A DNA stretch of 64,000 bases, taken from positions 64,604,001 to 64,668,000 of the forward strand of contig CM060731.1 of NCBI GenBank assembly GCA_030704615.1, given 5' to 3'. Below, piece by piece: positions 50,565-64,000 of this stretch. Under the pieces are notes generated by a model. That model made no database searches. It was given only the letters and a program-made list of their open reading frames with translations, and was not told the DNA's origin. A program made the translations under genes and the position numbers. The stretch is from Takakia lepidozioides (taxonomy: Eukaryota > Plantae > Bryophyta). The stretch's first letter is position 1. Every line of letters begins with the position of its first letter.

Positions 50565-53500
50565 TACAAGTACTTGGAGAGCCTCGGCGAAAAGTCCCCT
50601 TGCGTCATATTTGACGTCCGGGACTGCTGCTTCGGTCGTTGAATACAAGAGGGAGGGTGGTGTGTGGTAAAAAGAGAAGACGTCCTCCACTCCAATCGTT
50701 GAGCTTTCGGATTGTCCAATGAGACATAAAGAATTCCAAATCCAGTCCTTCCTACTATGTTTGGAGAAGCTGATAAAGAAGAGATTTGTAGTGTCATTCC
50801 AAAACTACGGGCGATGGGAGGAATGGGCTGGATTCAAAAGTGAGTTGCGAGGAATTGATTGGGAATCTTTGAAGCAGTTGCATGTGAGTTCTTGCCAGAG
50901 ACTTTTGATGACAATATCCTATCAGATCGAGCTGCCTCCTCCTCGCGCGAGTTGGAGTTGTAAACAATCATGAGGTATGGAATGGACAAGAAAAACGACG
51001 GCGACCCGTGGTGCAGTCCAAAAACATCCAATATTCAGAATTGATGACAAGCTTGTTTTCAGAAGAACAGTTTGCAATGGACACCTGAGGTGTGATAATT
51101 TGAATGCAGACACTTTCTTTAGTCTGGGGTTCATATCAAATCGAATGGGAGGGTCTGGCGGAAAATCCATTTCAGCCTGAGACTCCCCCGCCACCACCGG
51201 CAACACTTTCGTCTGCAAATTCTGCAAACTTTGTGCCATCCTGCTTGGCGCTCTGCTGAGCAAGAATGTACTATGTTGTCCACCGTTTGAAAACAATGAC
51301 AAGAGCTTGTGTGCATTTCGGATTCCATAACCATCCTGTCTCAAAGGGGGATTACAATTAGAGTGTTGAGACAGTAATACAAGAGGTTGATTAAACAGGA
51401 GTTCGGGAGAAACCCATCCGCAACAACATCAGCAATTGCTTGTCGTTGGACAGAAGTCCTTCTTGGAGAGCAATCCATTTGGTGATGAAGGGGATTCTGT
51501 GGGAGACTAACGACTTTGACGGTGCAGCATTGGACCTGGTCATTGGATCATTTCCTCCACTTTGAGTTCACCTAATTCGGCATCACAATCAATGCATTAG
51601 AGAATGGGCTCTGGTATCAGAGGCTAGATAGACAATATTTTTTGGAGTTGAAACGAGTGAGTCAGTACGATTACATCCAGGACAATGTATTCCCGATCCC
51701 GTGAAGGTGCCATCAAAGTTTTTTCTTTTCAAAATGGTCGACTGTGGTGGATGAAGTGGGGGTGAGCATGTGGTTACTCGTGAAGCGGATGCAAAACTGG
51801 GGACCTTGCTGGACTGAACTGTTTTCTTATGTTTGATATGTGAAACGAGTGAAGTGATTGGCAACAATGGGCTTGTCATTTCTACGATCCAGTGTGGGTA
51901 CCAACGAGTTATGACAATTGCGTTTGTAACATGCAATCCGAGGATACGAATCCCAGAGCTCATGTGGAATTCCACTGATACATGGATGTTGGGTGGGCAT
52001 GTCTGCATGTGGCTGCTATCTCCGAAATTTCGCAGGTGTTCATGCGATGGGCTGCAAGCAAATTTCAATGCTGTTCGTATTGTCTTCGGATCGGGGGTTG
52101 TGGTGGTGTGGGGTTCGGGGGACCCAAAATTGGTGCACAGTGCGAGTGGGAAGAGAGCGTACAAATGTCTATTCCATTGACACAATCTCGGAAAAACATA
52201 CAAAGTCGACATCAACCAGAATGCCAGACTCGATGGGCAGCGGAGGGGGCGGTAGTTGGTGGGGGTAAAGTGTGTGCAAAGAGTACAAAGATGCTAGAAC
52301 AATGAAGGCCTGAGACACTTTGTCAGACGTATTCGTGCCTGGTGGTTCTCTTCTGGAGCTGCATCACTTGAGAGTATAGAGCATTGGAAGATTGGCTGAC
52401 TTTTTGGCACTTCCGGTATAGACAGAGTGGGGAACAGCCATGGCAGTGTGACGAGGCTTATATTTCTTGCTTATTTCATACATTTACTTTCCATGTTTAT
52501 GTTCCTTCTTCCTCGCTTTCTTTGTGTTGTTTCCTGTTCATTGTTTTGAAGTGTGGTTCCCTTTGCAGAACATGTCCATTGAGGAAATGGTGGACATCCA
52601 TCTTGCCAATTGGTAGAAATTGTGCACAACGCATGTTTTGCAGTCATCTGAGAAACGGGTCGGAATTTGTATGTGGAACAATAATAGTGTTGGGGGATAG
52701 CGTGTGGGTGCCTTGCAACAACAAACCCGATACCGTGATTTCTTGTCGAGGGTGGGGTTTGTGGCAGGGTCCGACAAATGGGAGTTTGATGTTACAGTTG
52801 CAAACAGATCTGGGGGATCCAATCAAGATAGCACGGGCGGTGAGCATGTATTCGCCCAGGGAACGCCACTTGTTTTTTCTAGAGTTCCACATCTTGAAGG
52901 GGAGGAGATATTCGGCTCATGTAAGAGAAATGAACACTCCACCTGGTGTCGGATTCTGATGTCGCACAGGGCAGACCGTGATAACTTTTCGAAGCCTCGT
53001 GTTTCCCCTGCATGATAGCTCCATGTCCGGGAACCGTCCGATTTCTATGGAACCTCCAACACGACGGCAAGCTTCAGCATCAAACAATGCCACGAAATGG
53101 GTCAGGAGAGAAAACAACCCCCTTGGTGCTTGAGTCCGCATGCCCCGACCACGTTTTGACATATAGAACGCACAAGTGTAGGTGGGTCTCGTGTGAAATG
53201 TACAGCGATCATGACAACTAATTTCGAGAAGTAGCTCGTATCTATATCCAGAGGTGGTGCCCCGAACTCCTGCTCCGACTTCAGGGGTTCCACGGGCATT
53301 TTGATGCGTCCATACGGTCAACAAGAAGCCAAGAACCACAATTCTGGTTTCGTGCGCAGATGGATTGTACCAGATGTGTGTGCGCATGGAATGTGCGTGC
53401 TTCCATAGTGTTGAAGCCATCTCCTCCAATCGCGTTGGTGGCCCGTGGAGGTGGGAACACACTCAGATTTCAGGAGATTGGAAATGCTGGAGGAGGCTGA

Positions 53501-54032
53501 CTTCCCTTGGCTTGAGACGAACCCCAACTCCATGCATGTGCTACTACTTCTATGCTTGTGTACGCTCTGGGCGCCAGGTCCCCTGCAAATCCTGACTTGT
53601 GGCCAACCAACGAGATGAAACTGCGTCGTTCAGCGTTTCCGGTGCCCTCCGAACCGCTGAACACTTTGGCAAAGTGGAGTCGCGCAAGAATGCTCCAAGC
53701 TCGTGTGTGAGACACCACAGAATACCCGAGGTCCGTGATTGGTCGGGGTATTCACAACATCATCACTTCCACAATCTGCTGTTCATAACAGGATCTACAC
53801 AGGGTCAATCCGGTTTTCAATTTCCCCAATTGCACCAGTCCTGAATTTTGTAATATGCTATTAACCAGTTTGGGCAAGAGAGGGTAAATTCATACCGTGT
53901 GCAACATTTGTATTTCATATTTTTGACTAGGATGGTTTGCGATCCCAAATGTGACAACTTCATTCACCAGGCCACTATGAGTTTCAACGAGGGTCGTAGT
54001 ACTCTACGTTCAGCGGGATACAACACATGGGT
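50565..54032 (+). pseudogene. Indel-riddled transposase of MULE copy 2
   Basis: Collinear with ~8850-12104 but with frequent small indels. Confidence 0.9.
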
Positions 54033-54965
54033 AGGGGTCAAATATCAACTGGTGTGTATGGTGGACGACCATGATTTGAAATGTGTAATTTACATCAATT
54101 TGTTGGCGGTGTAATGATATGGCCTCCAACTATACTGAGTGAGCTCTGAGTGGCAACTTTTAAAAGCACATTTGTCATTGCAACCAACAAAGACATCACG
54201 TTCGAAGTCGACAACTGTCTTGCTGTTTGATTATGCACTACATCATCTTTTGAAGATCGAATCCTAACTTTGATTGTTATTTGAGGAGGGAAAGGTCTTC
54301 CCGTGGCAGAGCCTCTATGCGCACACTTTGTGAGAATATTTTCTCGTCCTCGTAATTGTAAAAGTGAAACAAACATTTGTAATTGCACAATGTTGGATGC
54401 TCAATTGTAGGCCTCATGGTAGTCTTGATTCTATTTAAGCAAGATTCCCTGCATTGATTCCACGGTCATAGGACCATCCTCGGTTATAGGCGGCGCATGT
54501 TAGTTTTGATGTGGCAGATGACGGACAGTGCCACGTCATCATTTGCCGCCACATCAGCATGCTGACATGACGCTCATGCCAAGTCATGGGTAGTCAGCGT
54601 GGCTCCACGCCACATCAGCTGGCATGAGCGTACGCTCACTCATGCTCGTACGCTCACTCCTGCGTGAGCGTATGCTCGCGCGCTCACGCCACGCCATTGC
54701 GTCCTTGAATAGGTAGTAAAAGGGTTGTGGTGAGGGGTTGAGTTGGCTGTACGGCGTCGGGGCTGAAGGAGCTGATCGAGGTCGCCTGACCGGCGTGGGG
54801 CCCACTGTTGCATAGCGGCCGCTTGCTCGCTACTTCCAACACCTCCACTAAGTTGGCGGGGTTTTGTTCAGATGCATTTGTGAGAAATTCTCAATGGTTC
54901 GGGCAAGTGATGCGAGAGAATGCGTGAGTAGAGCCTCTTTCTCGCATATTCTTATTTAGCCCACC

Positions 54966-57900
54966 ATGACCTTTCTGCAGGTCTCCGAGCCTCTTCGGGG
55001 GCTCCTGCCCCAGCCCCTTCCCTTGTCTTCAGTTGCCTCCCATTGGCAGCTGACAGCTTCACAACAAGTGGTCTCGCATGGATCCCTTCCGTCATGTTTT
55101 CAGGCTGCTTCCAGCCGCTTCGTCTCTCCCCTGTTCCCCCTTGGAGAGTTTGGCAAAGCATCACAGTCGTTTCGTTATTTCCTTGCTCCACCTGCCACTG
55201 TGGTTGCCGGTGCACTTCCCTCACCACATCTCGGTAGATGGATGGGGCAGCAGAAATCGGAGCTTTTTTTTCCAGTTTTTTGTGGGAGTTCTCTTAGGAT
55301 GGTGAGAAGGCTTGGTTGGGGTTATAAGGCAGAAGGGCAAAAGAGGCAAGAAGGGAAACACAGTGTGATCAGAGCTGCAGGGCCAGCTGGAACAGGAATC
55401 CGTAGATCGAAATCAGGTGCCATTGTGGTAGGTTGCATCTTTCCTACTTGGAACAGTGCAAATTCTAGGGTGGTTTAGCACGCCAGTTTTCAAGTGGTAA
55501 GTCTTCAATTGAGAAGTCTATCACACCACAGATTCCTATTCCAACCTTGTCGTAGAATTTCGTGTATGTTGAAGCTGAAATCTCAATGTCCTTACCACAC
55601 GTCAGGATGGCCCTACAATTAGAAGCTTGATTGTCGTGGAGGTGTAGTCACTGCGTGAGACAAAAGCTTGTAACACATTAGCCAATATCATTTTAACTGC
55701 ACAAAAAAGGAAGACGCAGGACAAGGGCAATGATTCAAAGAGGATAAGAAAATTCAAGGCATGGCCATCAAATATTGACGTTTTTAAACCCTGAAGTGCT
55801 GAGGTTTATGTCTCAGCACCCACTAATATGCGGTAGACAATATCTTAGTGCAGGCTATACTGGATCTCTTCTTTTCCACTCACTTGCTGAGCCGTTGGAC
55901 TCAAACCTGGTTAGACAATTTTGAACAGAGTAAAAGATGTTGGGAAGCGTGACCAAGGTGTTGTTCATCTGCTTGTCTTTAAAATGGATCCATGTATGAT
56001 ACTCTGTAGGCTTTCATTTTTTGTCTTTCTTTAATGGAGCCATCAAGTGGAGAACTCTTTGAAATGGAATAAGCTCCCTACTGTTGGCCTGAACTGTTGG
56101 AAAGATGAATTTCTTTTTGGGGTAATTATTCCTTTCTAAACCCTCTAACCTATTGTTCTTTTTAACATGGAAACATGCATTTATGTGGTGAGAGTGGATG
56201 GGGCGGAGTGCTGCAGCCTACACGGCCTGGGCAACTGCTGCTGGTGGGAATCGGAGTTGCCTACATGACACTCATAGTTTTCATTCCCACTGCCAATGTC
56301 TTTGTGCAGGTTGTTTACTTCCCTTGTTTGCTTGAAACTGGCAGGCTACATTTGTGCTGGGAGAATATGTCTTTGTGCAATGCTCATCAACTCAGTTGTC
56401 TGTCTTAAAAGCATTTGCAGGGTGAGGTCCCTCATTTCCATTGCCTTGTGAGGCAGGGAACATGCTAAGGGACACTTGCAAGGCTGGTGTGCTCTTAGTA
56501 GGTAACAAAACAGGAGATGTGGGCTATTACCTATCAACTCTTTCCTGCGCCTCATTCCTGTGCCTCATTAGAGAAGTACCAAGAGAGTCAAGGGCCTATT
56601 ATGAATGAAAGTATATGGGTCCACCAACTCCACGCCTCTGGACCTGGTGATTATTCTCCATACTTCCAATATTCAATTGGTTTTACGGAGATTAGACTCA
56701 TGCAGGTGTTTTATTTTGCAGGCCTTTTCCAATGGTATTCAGCCATTTATTCACAACCTTTTTGATCCTGATTTCCAGCATGCAGTAAGTATGATACTTT
56801 GTCCTTGTTTTCTGGAAAGAGTAGTTGGGCTTTGTTCAGAAACCACAATGTAAAGTGTTTTTGCAAGTTCTATGTTCATGAAGCAGTCGTGGATCTTTCG
56901 TGGATCTTTCGTGAATCTTTCATGGGTTTACTTGTTTGAGTTGTTGGCAAAGGTCCTCCCTTTTTTCCACCGTCAGCTCTCCTCTTGTAGTGACATTTTA
57001 GTGGTTGTTTGATGACCCAAGGAGCTGCATGGTCAACACCTCAATCCTCTAGTTGTTGCTTAATAAGTCCTCTTAATTTCCACTTGCTCCACTTGCTTTC
57101 CACTTGCTTGAAAGAGAGGTAGAGAGTTGCAGTCACGAGACCTTTTAGTTGAAGTTCAAAGATGGGGCGGTGGAGGGATGGCAGGTAAAGATGACACTGA
57201 TAGTGGCAGGCATTGTGGTGCCATTAAACACGACGTTTGGCCTTATTGTTGCTCTCTGGCTCACTCGCCATGACTTCCCTGGTAAGGTATGCTCCACCTC
57301 AGAAAGTAATTCTCCATCGTCTTGCAAGAGGCAGGCACTACTTCCAATTCAGAGTCCATTGTCTTGATATCATTTATGAAGGAAACATGTTTTGCTTGGA
57401 ATGTCACTGGGTTCATCTTAGGAGGATGAAAAATAGGTTCAAGAGGCATTTGTTCTGGTGAAGTGTTGTGCAGGTGCTTTTGATAAGCTTTTTGGATTTG
57501 CCTTTCAGCATATCTCCAGTGGTGGTAGGGCTGATGCTGATGCTGCTCTATGGTCGGCAGGTTAGACAATTCTCCTCTTGCATCACCAGGGTCCTGTTTG
57601 GTTCTGTGAGCTAATTTTTAGCAGCGTTTTTCAATACTTTCTATGGAGACTTGGTGATGATATTGAGAGGGAAAGTTGATACACTTGGTACTTCGGGCTT
57701 AGAATCTCTGCTGAGATGAACATATCCTCACATGGTTTTCAGGAATGAGTACTTGAAATGTGTTTGGCAGGGTCTGTTTGCACCACTCCTTCGTGCACTC
57801 AACTTTGAGGTTGTTTTTGCTCTTCCTGGTAACATTCGATCCTGTTTATTAGATATTTTCAGAACAGACGGCCTACCTATGCCTGTTTCCACTGACATTA

Positions 57901-60243
57901 CTGTACATTCTAGGATAGTCTCTGCACACCCTGTCTCCCATGTGTCTGTCTATCATTTGTTTGCAGGTGGATGCCTTGCAAATGCCCATGCAGCAGTAAG
58001 TATCTTGTTCAGACCTAGTCTTGTCTATGAAGCCAATGTAATGAAGATGAGTACATCTTTCTCTCTGTCTCCCTCGCTGTGGGATTTTTATTTGTCATTG
58101 TTTGGTTAGGTATACACAACAAAGGCTAAGGGAGGTAGGGCTAACATAGCATGGAATGCCAGGAATGATTCTGGCAACAGCGTTTGTGACTCTCCCTTAT
58201 GTCGTTCGTGAAGTTATTCCTGTAAGCTTCCCTTTCTTTGGTTATCAATTATTTGAGGGTACACAGTTGCAAGTTGTTTGCCCTTCTGGATTTTGAGCTC
58301 CTCCTTCTACAACTAAACCATTTTGCCTGTCTTTATCTCCCTCTCTTTAACCATTTTTCATAACAAGTTCATACCTACAAATAGGTAACTGGCACACCTC
58401 TTCCCTGTAGCCATCCACCCTTTGCTTGCTGCCTGACGATGTTCTGCCGGTCAAGACCTGGTGCTCTCCCTAGCTGCCGTACTGGAAGTCATCCTTCTTA
58501 TCATCTTTCCCGAGTTAGCAAGTTTATTAGGCCGAAACAGTTGCACTGTTGTTTCAGTAAGGCCCTCACTTTGTTACTGAGATGAAACTCACAAACAGCT
58601 ACTTGGTTGTATAGAAACCAATTGTCACGGTTGAACAGTGTAAAAGAATAATTGGCCCCTTCCAGTCACTCAATGATGACATATGACATATAGCTAGAGA
58701 TGTGGCCTAAATTTTCCAAGCCTATATATAGTAGAGGTGACTTTGGGGTGATATCCACTCATTTGAACAACACTGCAATATGTTGGCATGCCTCATTTGA
58801 TTAAGCTGTCACTTGGCCACCTGTTATCAAGAAGATCTTGTCCAATCAATTAGAGAGATGGTTCTCCTAGTTATCATGTCATTTGCCCCAAAACTGTGTT
58901 GGCACCCACAGGAGCATCATGTGTGGGCATGTTGACAACATCATGTAACAAACGCATTGATTGTGTGAGAACTTGTCCTCTATCTGTTCTGCTAAAGATG
59001 CTTGGTGAACGGACGGTCTACATTTCAAAAACATCTTGACCCCATATCACAAGCTGTACTTTCTCACTAATCCTTAGGGCTGATGTTTGATAGGTTCTGA
59101 ATGAAATGGATCCTTTCGAGGAGGAGGCTGCACGGACCATGGGTGCCAACGAGTGGGAGGTTTGGTTTTCATTGGCTTGCTTTGTCTCTTGCATCAAAAT
59201 ACCACACTAGGTTTGGAAATAAGTTGAGTTGAGCTAAGTGTATGCAAGGGCCTAGTGGATGCATGATAAGTGCATGCATATATGAAGAAGGAGCAAATGT
59301 GAAGAGGCGGATCTGTTGAGAGGCACTAATCTGTGTTGATTGTCTTCTATACAGGTTTTCTGGCATGTGACACTCCCCAACATCCGCTTGGGCCTCCTAT
59401 ATGGCATTACTCTGTGCAATGCGGTAATGTACCCTCCTGAAATCTGCCTGTGTCTGGTCCTGGGCTGTGGTAATTTTCAAAGAAGCCAAGGTCGGAGGCA
59501 AGGCTGAATCCTGAAATGGGCAGCCTATTTTTATGTCTTTTTCAGAGAGCTATGGGCGAATTTGGGGCCATATCAGTGATATCTGGCAACATCATAGGGC
59601 GTACACAGACTCTCACATTGTTTGTGGAATCAGCTTACAAGGTGATGCCTCTTTGTAACCATGTCTATTAAATTAACCCACTGTTTTGATGTTTCCTTCA
59701 TGGATGTGAGTGTGCAGTCACCTTTTGGAGAGAAGTACAAAAGATGCTATGTTATGGAAATTCTGTCTCTCTCTCTTTTCTGTTAAGTATGATGAGCACA
59801 TCATAATTTCCCACGAATCAGAGGTCACTAGACTTTGCACTTCTCCTTCTTTCTTGCTATCACAACTAGCCACTTCTGCAGATTCTATCTCTGGTCACGG
59901 GCCCTGCAGCCGATCCTGGCAATTTGGATGGAGCAGCTTAAATGGAATGCAGATAGTAACCTTCGTACGGGACTGTGACAGCGCACTCATACATTCTTTT
60001 CTGATGTTTGTCTTTCAATTGGGTAGGAATACAATACCCAAGGAGCGTTTTCAGCAGCTGTCCTCCTGTCAGTCCTGGCATTGATTACTTTGGTCATCAA
60101 GGTAAAGCTCCTCAGCTCCTTCATTATGCAAGTACCTCTTCAAGTTTTCTCACTCTTGCGTGAATCTGAAAACTGACATGTATCTGTCTGTCTGTGGACA
60201 GACAAGGCTTGAGGAGATGCGTGCAAAGGAGTCCAGCCGATGA
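54966..60243 (+). CDS. cysW: Nuclear-encoded plastid sulfate ABC transporter permease CysW/SULP2, 12 exons, with a transit-peptide-like N-terminus
   Basis: Spliced exons read PLNTTFG...RHDFPGK|VLLISFLDLPFSISPVVVGLML.LLYG|GLF..|GMILATAFVTLPYVVREVIP|VLNEMDPFEEEAARTMGA|VFWHVTLPNIR.GLLYG|RAMGEFGAISVISGNIIGRTQTLTLFVE|EYNTQGAFSAAVLLS|TRLEEMRAKESSR*. All GT-AG; EAA loop present. Confidence 0.92.
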
Positions 60244-60833
60244 ACTTCTATGCATGCTTTACAAACCAGTGTCCATTTGTTATCTGTACCAGCTTCAAAA
60301 TTATGTGGTGTTCACACACTCATTTGCAGATTTCAGGTTTGATTGCAATTGCAGTGCTGGGTGATTGAAGGCAGACATTTTGAGTTTGTAGGAGATTGGC
60401 ACGGAACTGTTTTATTTGTGGTCACCAGGGGCCACTAGCAGGAGTTGATGCACTCAATGACCGTTTCATGGCCATGGGAGACCCTTAGTGACATAGGAGA
60501 CCCTTATTATTCAAGTTGTTAGGTTCCAGCCATCAGTAGCATCAGAGGGGGGGAGAGACAGAGAATAGACACCTGCCTCTGTGGAGTTGATGTCACTGGG
60601 TTGTCCGCCTCTTAAATGAGACCAACAAGCAAGCAAATAGTTGCATTGCTCTATGGGCCTCATCTCTTGTTCAAGTTTGCTTGTACCATGATTGAAATCC
60701 TACTATTTCACTAGCTCTACTTTCTTCACGTAACCTGACATTGTGTTGTAATTTGGCTCTGGATCCCAACTTGAGTCAAGAGGCCACAATGTTGGTTCCA
60801 AATCACTCCAGAGCTTCAGATTGTTTCACAATT

Positions 60834-62585
60834 CTATGGGTTGTCATCCAAAGGGTAGACATAGCCGCTGTTGAGTTCGCCAGCGGCATAGGGAGGTTGG
60901 ACACCACCTTGCTCACCATTCGAGGGCCAGGTATATGTTGGCTCGCCATTCCTGTAAGTCGATCCACCAGCCCAGTTTCCGATTGAGGATTCAATGGGGG
61001 GGAGTGCTTCACCAGGGCGCGGCATTGATTCACCTCCACCAGCAATCAAGCGGCGTGAACTCAACTTGTGGGCTGTGCAAAGCTGCGGTAAATAGAATCC
61101 TGCAGTCACCCAGGGCGATTTCGAATCAGCGGGCTTTTGATCTTCTTTACCTTGTACCTAGGAGACAACATATCCACGGATTTTTCTTGGAGTTGTGCAC
61201 TGGGAACCCAGCTGCAGTGAAAAGATTATTCATTCATGTGCATTCTCATCATCAACTAAAAACTAGATATTAAGCAGTTCTAATTAGACTGGTACACATT
61301 TTCCTCAGTAGAAATCAGTGAACTTGTATGGATACCTTCACATTGCCATTCTTCTCATAAGGCTTTGTTTGCCTTACCCTTGTGGCCATAGACCCCACTC
61401 CCAGTTTGGACGGGAAAAGAGGGAATAGACACTAACTTTGGGACGGGATCACTCCGGTAGTGTTACTCGTGAACCAAGATAAAGACAATTAGTGCGGGCT
61501 TTTCACATACAAGTATCAATCTGCTGTGTGTGAGCAGCCCAAAAGTTAGAACCCAACACTCAGGATTCTAAGAGAAGCTTAACATGTTTTGCCGCAATTG
61601 CCGACCGCTATTAAAAAGTTGGCAAAGATACACTAGTTAGACTCAGCAAAAGAGGACTTTGAAGGTGTTGTACTGAGTTCATTTGACGTCGAACTTTTAA
61701 GCATACCTTCACCAGCAGCGAGGCTGGTATAGAGATCAAGGATGTTGGGGCAGTTGTCCACACACTTCGAAGAGCACAACATCCCTGTAAAGCGCGAGTC
61801 GAGTAGGAAATCTGTGGATAGGCCGAAGGACAGTCTCTCCAGGCCACACGCTTCCATACACTCGTCTGACTCGATCCAAGCCTCTTGTTTCTCTGCCATT
61901 ATGATCGATGACTGCAAGGCCCCCTCCCGGCCACAACTTAGCAGGGCTTTCTCACCTAATCTTATCTTAAGTCTTTCCATGGTCTATCTCCAGCTTCCAA
62001 CGAGTGACATGAAACCACAACTGGTGGTTGAAATCCTTACTCTGTAAATGGTCAATTACCGCCCCAAGTTGCTAATGTAATGGTGCCTTTGGTTGGAGCT
62101 CACGCAGAAAGGAACTCAGGCTCCGTAGTAGAGGAAATCAATTATTAATATAGTTGTCGAAGTGGCTCCCTGAACAATCTTCACAGTGCCGAACCAGACC
62201 GCTCCCAACATACAAACATGGATCATCCACCAATTCGTGTAAAGCTGGCCTGACCAGTAGTTGCCAAGGAAATTCGAGGCCGTCTTGCATGCACCCATTG
62301 TGTCTACACACTTTTGAGAATCCAGTGGATGCCGTATAAATGAGGTCATTGGCTGTTAACATGGACTAGTAACTTGCTAGTATCTTGCTAGAACTACAGC
62401 GATATAGTTTACCCAGTAAATAGTCTAGGATCTGATGTCACCATGAACGTTAGTAGGTACCTGGCACTCTATTCGTGGAAGGTCCTCTTCCATATACTTC
62501 TCGAGCACACAACGTGTACCAGACGCGGACACCGAGAATGCACAATCATCAGCTGGTAGATCCTCGCACTCCAGCAGCTGCTTCC
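60834..62585 (-). CDS. PAR1 (photoassimilate-responsive) family protein; first exon not resolved
   Basis: Exons 62585-62461 (LECEDLPADDCAFSVSASGTRCVLEK), 61911-61707 (WIESDECMEACGLER...LCS.KCVDNCPNILDLYTSLAAGEG) and 61099-60834 (FYLPQLC). Confidence 0.85.
61352..61550 (-). mobile_element. Diverged 3'-end fragment of the LINE family in a PAR1 intron
   Basis: ctcataaggctttgtttgccttacccttgtggccatagacccc...ccagtttg is similar to 17579-17780. Confidence 0.75.
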
Positions 62586-64000
62586 CTGCCCAGAAAGGGA
62601 TCGCATGGAGGTAGAAGACACGCATAAGCTTAAAAGGGAGATATTTTCTAATCGCTTGAATCACAACGGCGCTTGGAGGTGAGAATGTTAGTACTATGTG
62701 CATATCTAACAAGAACATCAGCAAAGGCAAATCAAATGCAAAGGAAAATTCCTCCTGTGCTGTACTGTAGGAGCTGTGTAGATGTACAAGTATACGGGCT
62801 CAAATTTCAGAAACAACGGCAGTGGCCGGGACGGAGTTGGGTGCTTCTGGAAGACAGATCAGAGATCCATGTTTCAATGGAGAATCCAATCCCGACCCTC
62901 TCTAGTACCTCGAGAAATTTATAAGCAGACGTAAAGATCTGAGTTCGAGAGGATTTTCTTTTCAACTTCACTGCAGCTCAATCTGCAACCACCCTAAATA
63001 ACCATTACCTGACTAGCTTGATTATGCAACTACGTGTACTCAAGTCCTCATCATACGTAATGTGAATTGCAGAACTTATACCTTGAGTGACACATATGAT
63101 ACTGAAAAATACAAGGGCTACCGTTGGTAGCCACCGGACACCAGCCATTTGGTCTGCCGTAATTTTTCTCTGCCATCCACTGACTGGTCAGTCTAACATT
63201 TAAGAGTAGCATTAGTCATGGGAGCAGACTACTTGCCCACGGGGAATGAGCAGTGGTGAGCAGGTGAGAGGTGAGTGGGTGAGCTGCCAATTTTTTTTTA
63301 TTTAGACAATCTAATCAGACCTGTAGATTCGACGATGTTTACAAGTTCGGACGAATAATATGGCTTCAGATATAGGTTCAATTTAGGATCAGAAATAGGC
63401 TCTGGCTTATTTCTCCTGCGAACCACATATACATAGATCATAATGTTCGCTAGAGAACTACATGACGCTGAACCTAATCCCAAATCAAACTCCAACCCAA
63501 ACAAAATACAGAAACAAGTGCTCATATGTACAAATTAATGTGAGCATATAAATTTATTGTATCTGAAAATCTTAAATTGTGCTCACACAGTATTCACTTT
63601 TGAGTTTATGCTCACTGAAAACTTAGGTATGCTCACTAACTACCACCCTTGCCCACCTGACCCTCGTTATAATCGTGATCATTCCTGCAAATGAACGTCC
63701 TTCGGGGCCTTTGGAGTCCGAACCACCGTCCTCAAGCTCCTTAATCCGATATTCTTCTAGTGGGTCTCTCCAGCTTCTCATTTCTCTCTTCTCATTTCTT
63801 CGGGTGAGTCACTATGATTTGTGCTTGCAATGACCATGACTGACTCAATGTCTACAGATACAGAGACGTACACCTTGAACTTCCTTGTTGACGAATCAGC
63901 TTGGTGGCTACAGTTGAGCCACATGAGGCGAGGCTTAACTGTAGCCACCAAGCTACAGTTGATTCGTCAACAATCATGAGTAGCTACTTTTGGGAATCGC

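Larger units (their letters stand above)
34041..54707. mobile_element. Copy 2 of the Mutator-like element, with nested insertions and an assembly gap
   Basis: 34041-35327 matches 1420-2685 and ~50565-54707 matches ~8850-12754. The flanks AGTGGGCAG and AATAGGTAG form a 9-bp TSD with three transition mismatches. The join across the gap is inferred. Confidence 0.7.

Noticed and set aside
49920-50565. Possible LTR or promoter after the gap
   Set aside because: No second copy, PBS or TSD is visible, so it is left unassigned.
50565-54420. Dense indels in the copy-2 transposase as biological hypermutation
   Set aside because: The left end of the same copy aligns cleanly to copy 1. Scattered small insertions next to a gap look more like unpolished long-read sequence.

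Overview
Eukaryotic, intron-containing, transposon-rich plant DNA. It is most likely from a bryophyte, because it has a nuclear plastid-targeted CysW/SULP2 sulfate permease together with a PLS-type PPR gene with a decayed DYW domain. Host genes are an F-box gene plus a truncated duplicate, a pseudogenised SDR, the PPR gene, cysW/SULP2 and a PAR1-family gene. The main feature is an 11.3-kb Mutator-like DNA transposon (1420-12754, short imperfect TIRs, exact 9-bp TSD AAGCTTCTT). It carries two genes head-to-head: a GCM-like/DDE/SWIM transposase, and an apparently intact ~10-exon gene fusing a ParB/Srx-like domain to a beta-class (N4C/N6A-type) DNA amino-methyltransferase. Two introns of that second gene hold about 11 copies of a 22-24 bp palindrome (TGAATGTCGTYAACGACATTCA), resembling parS-like sites. 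A second copy of the element (34041-54707) interrupts a CRE/R2-like retrotransposon. It is itself interrupted by a CACTA element with captured RPL27 fragments, and by a Ty3/gypsy-like gag-protease region followed by a C5 cytosine methyltransferase that runs into a 500-N gap. A (TC)n-associated APE-RT LINE family is present in several copies. All calls come from motif recognition and manual alignment; no database searches were run.
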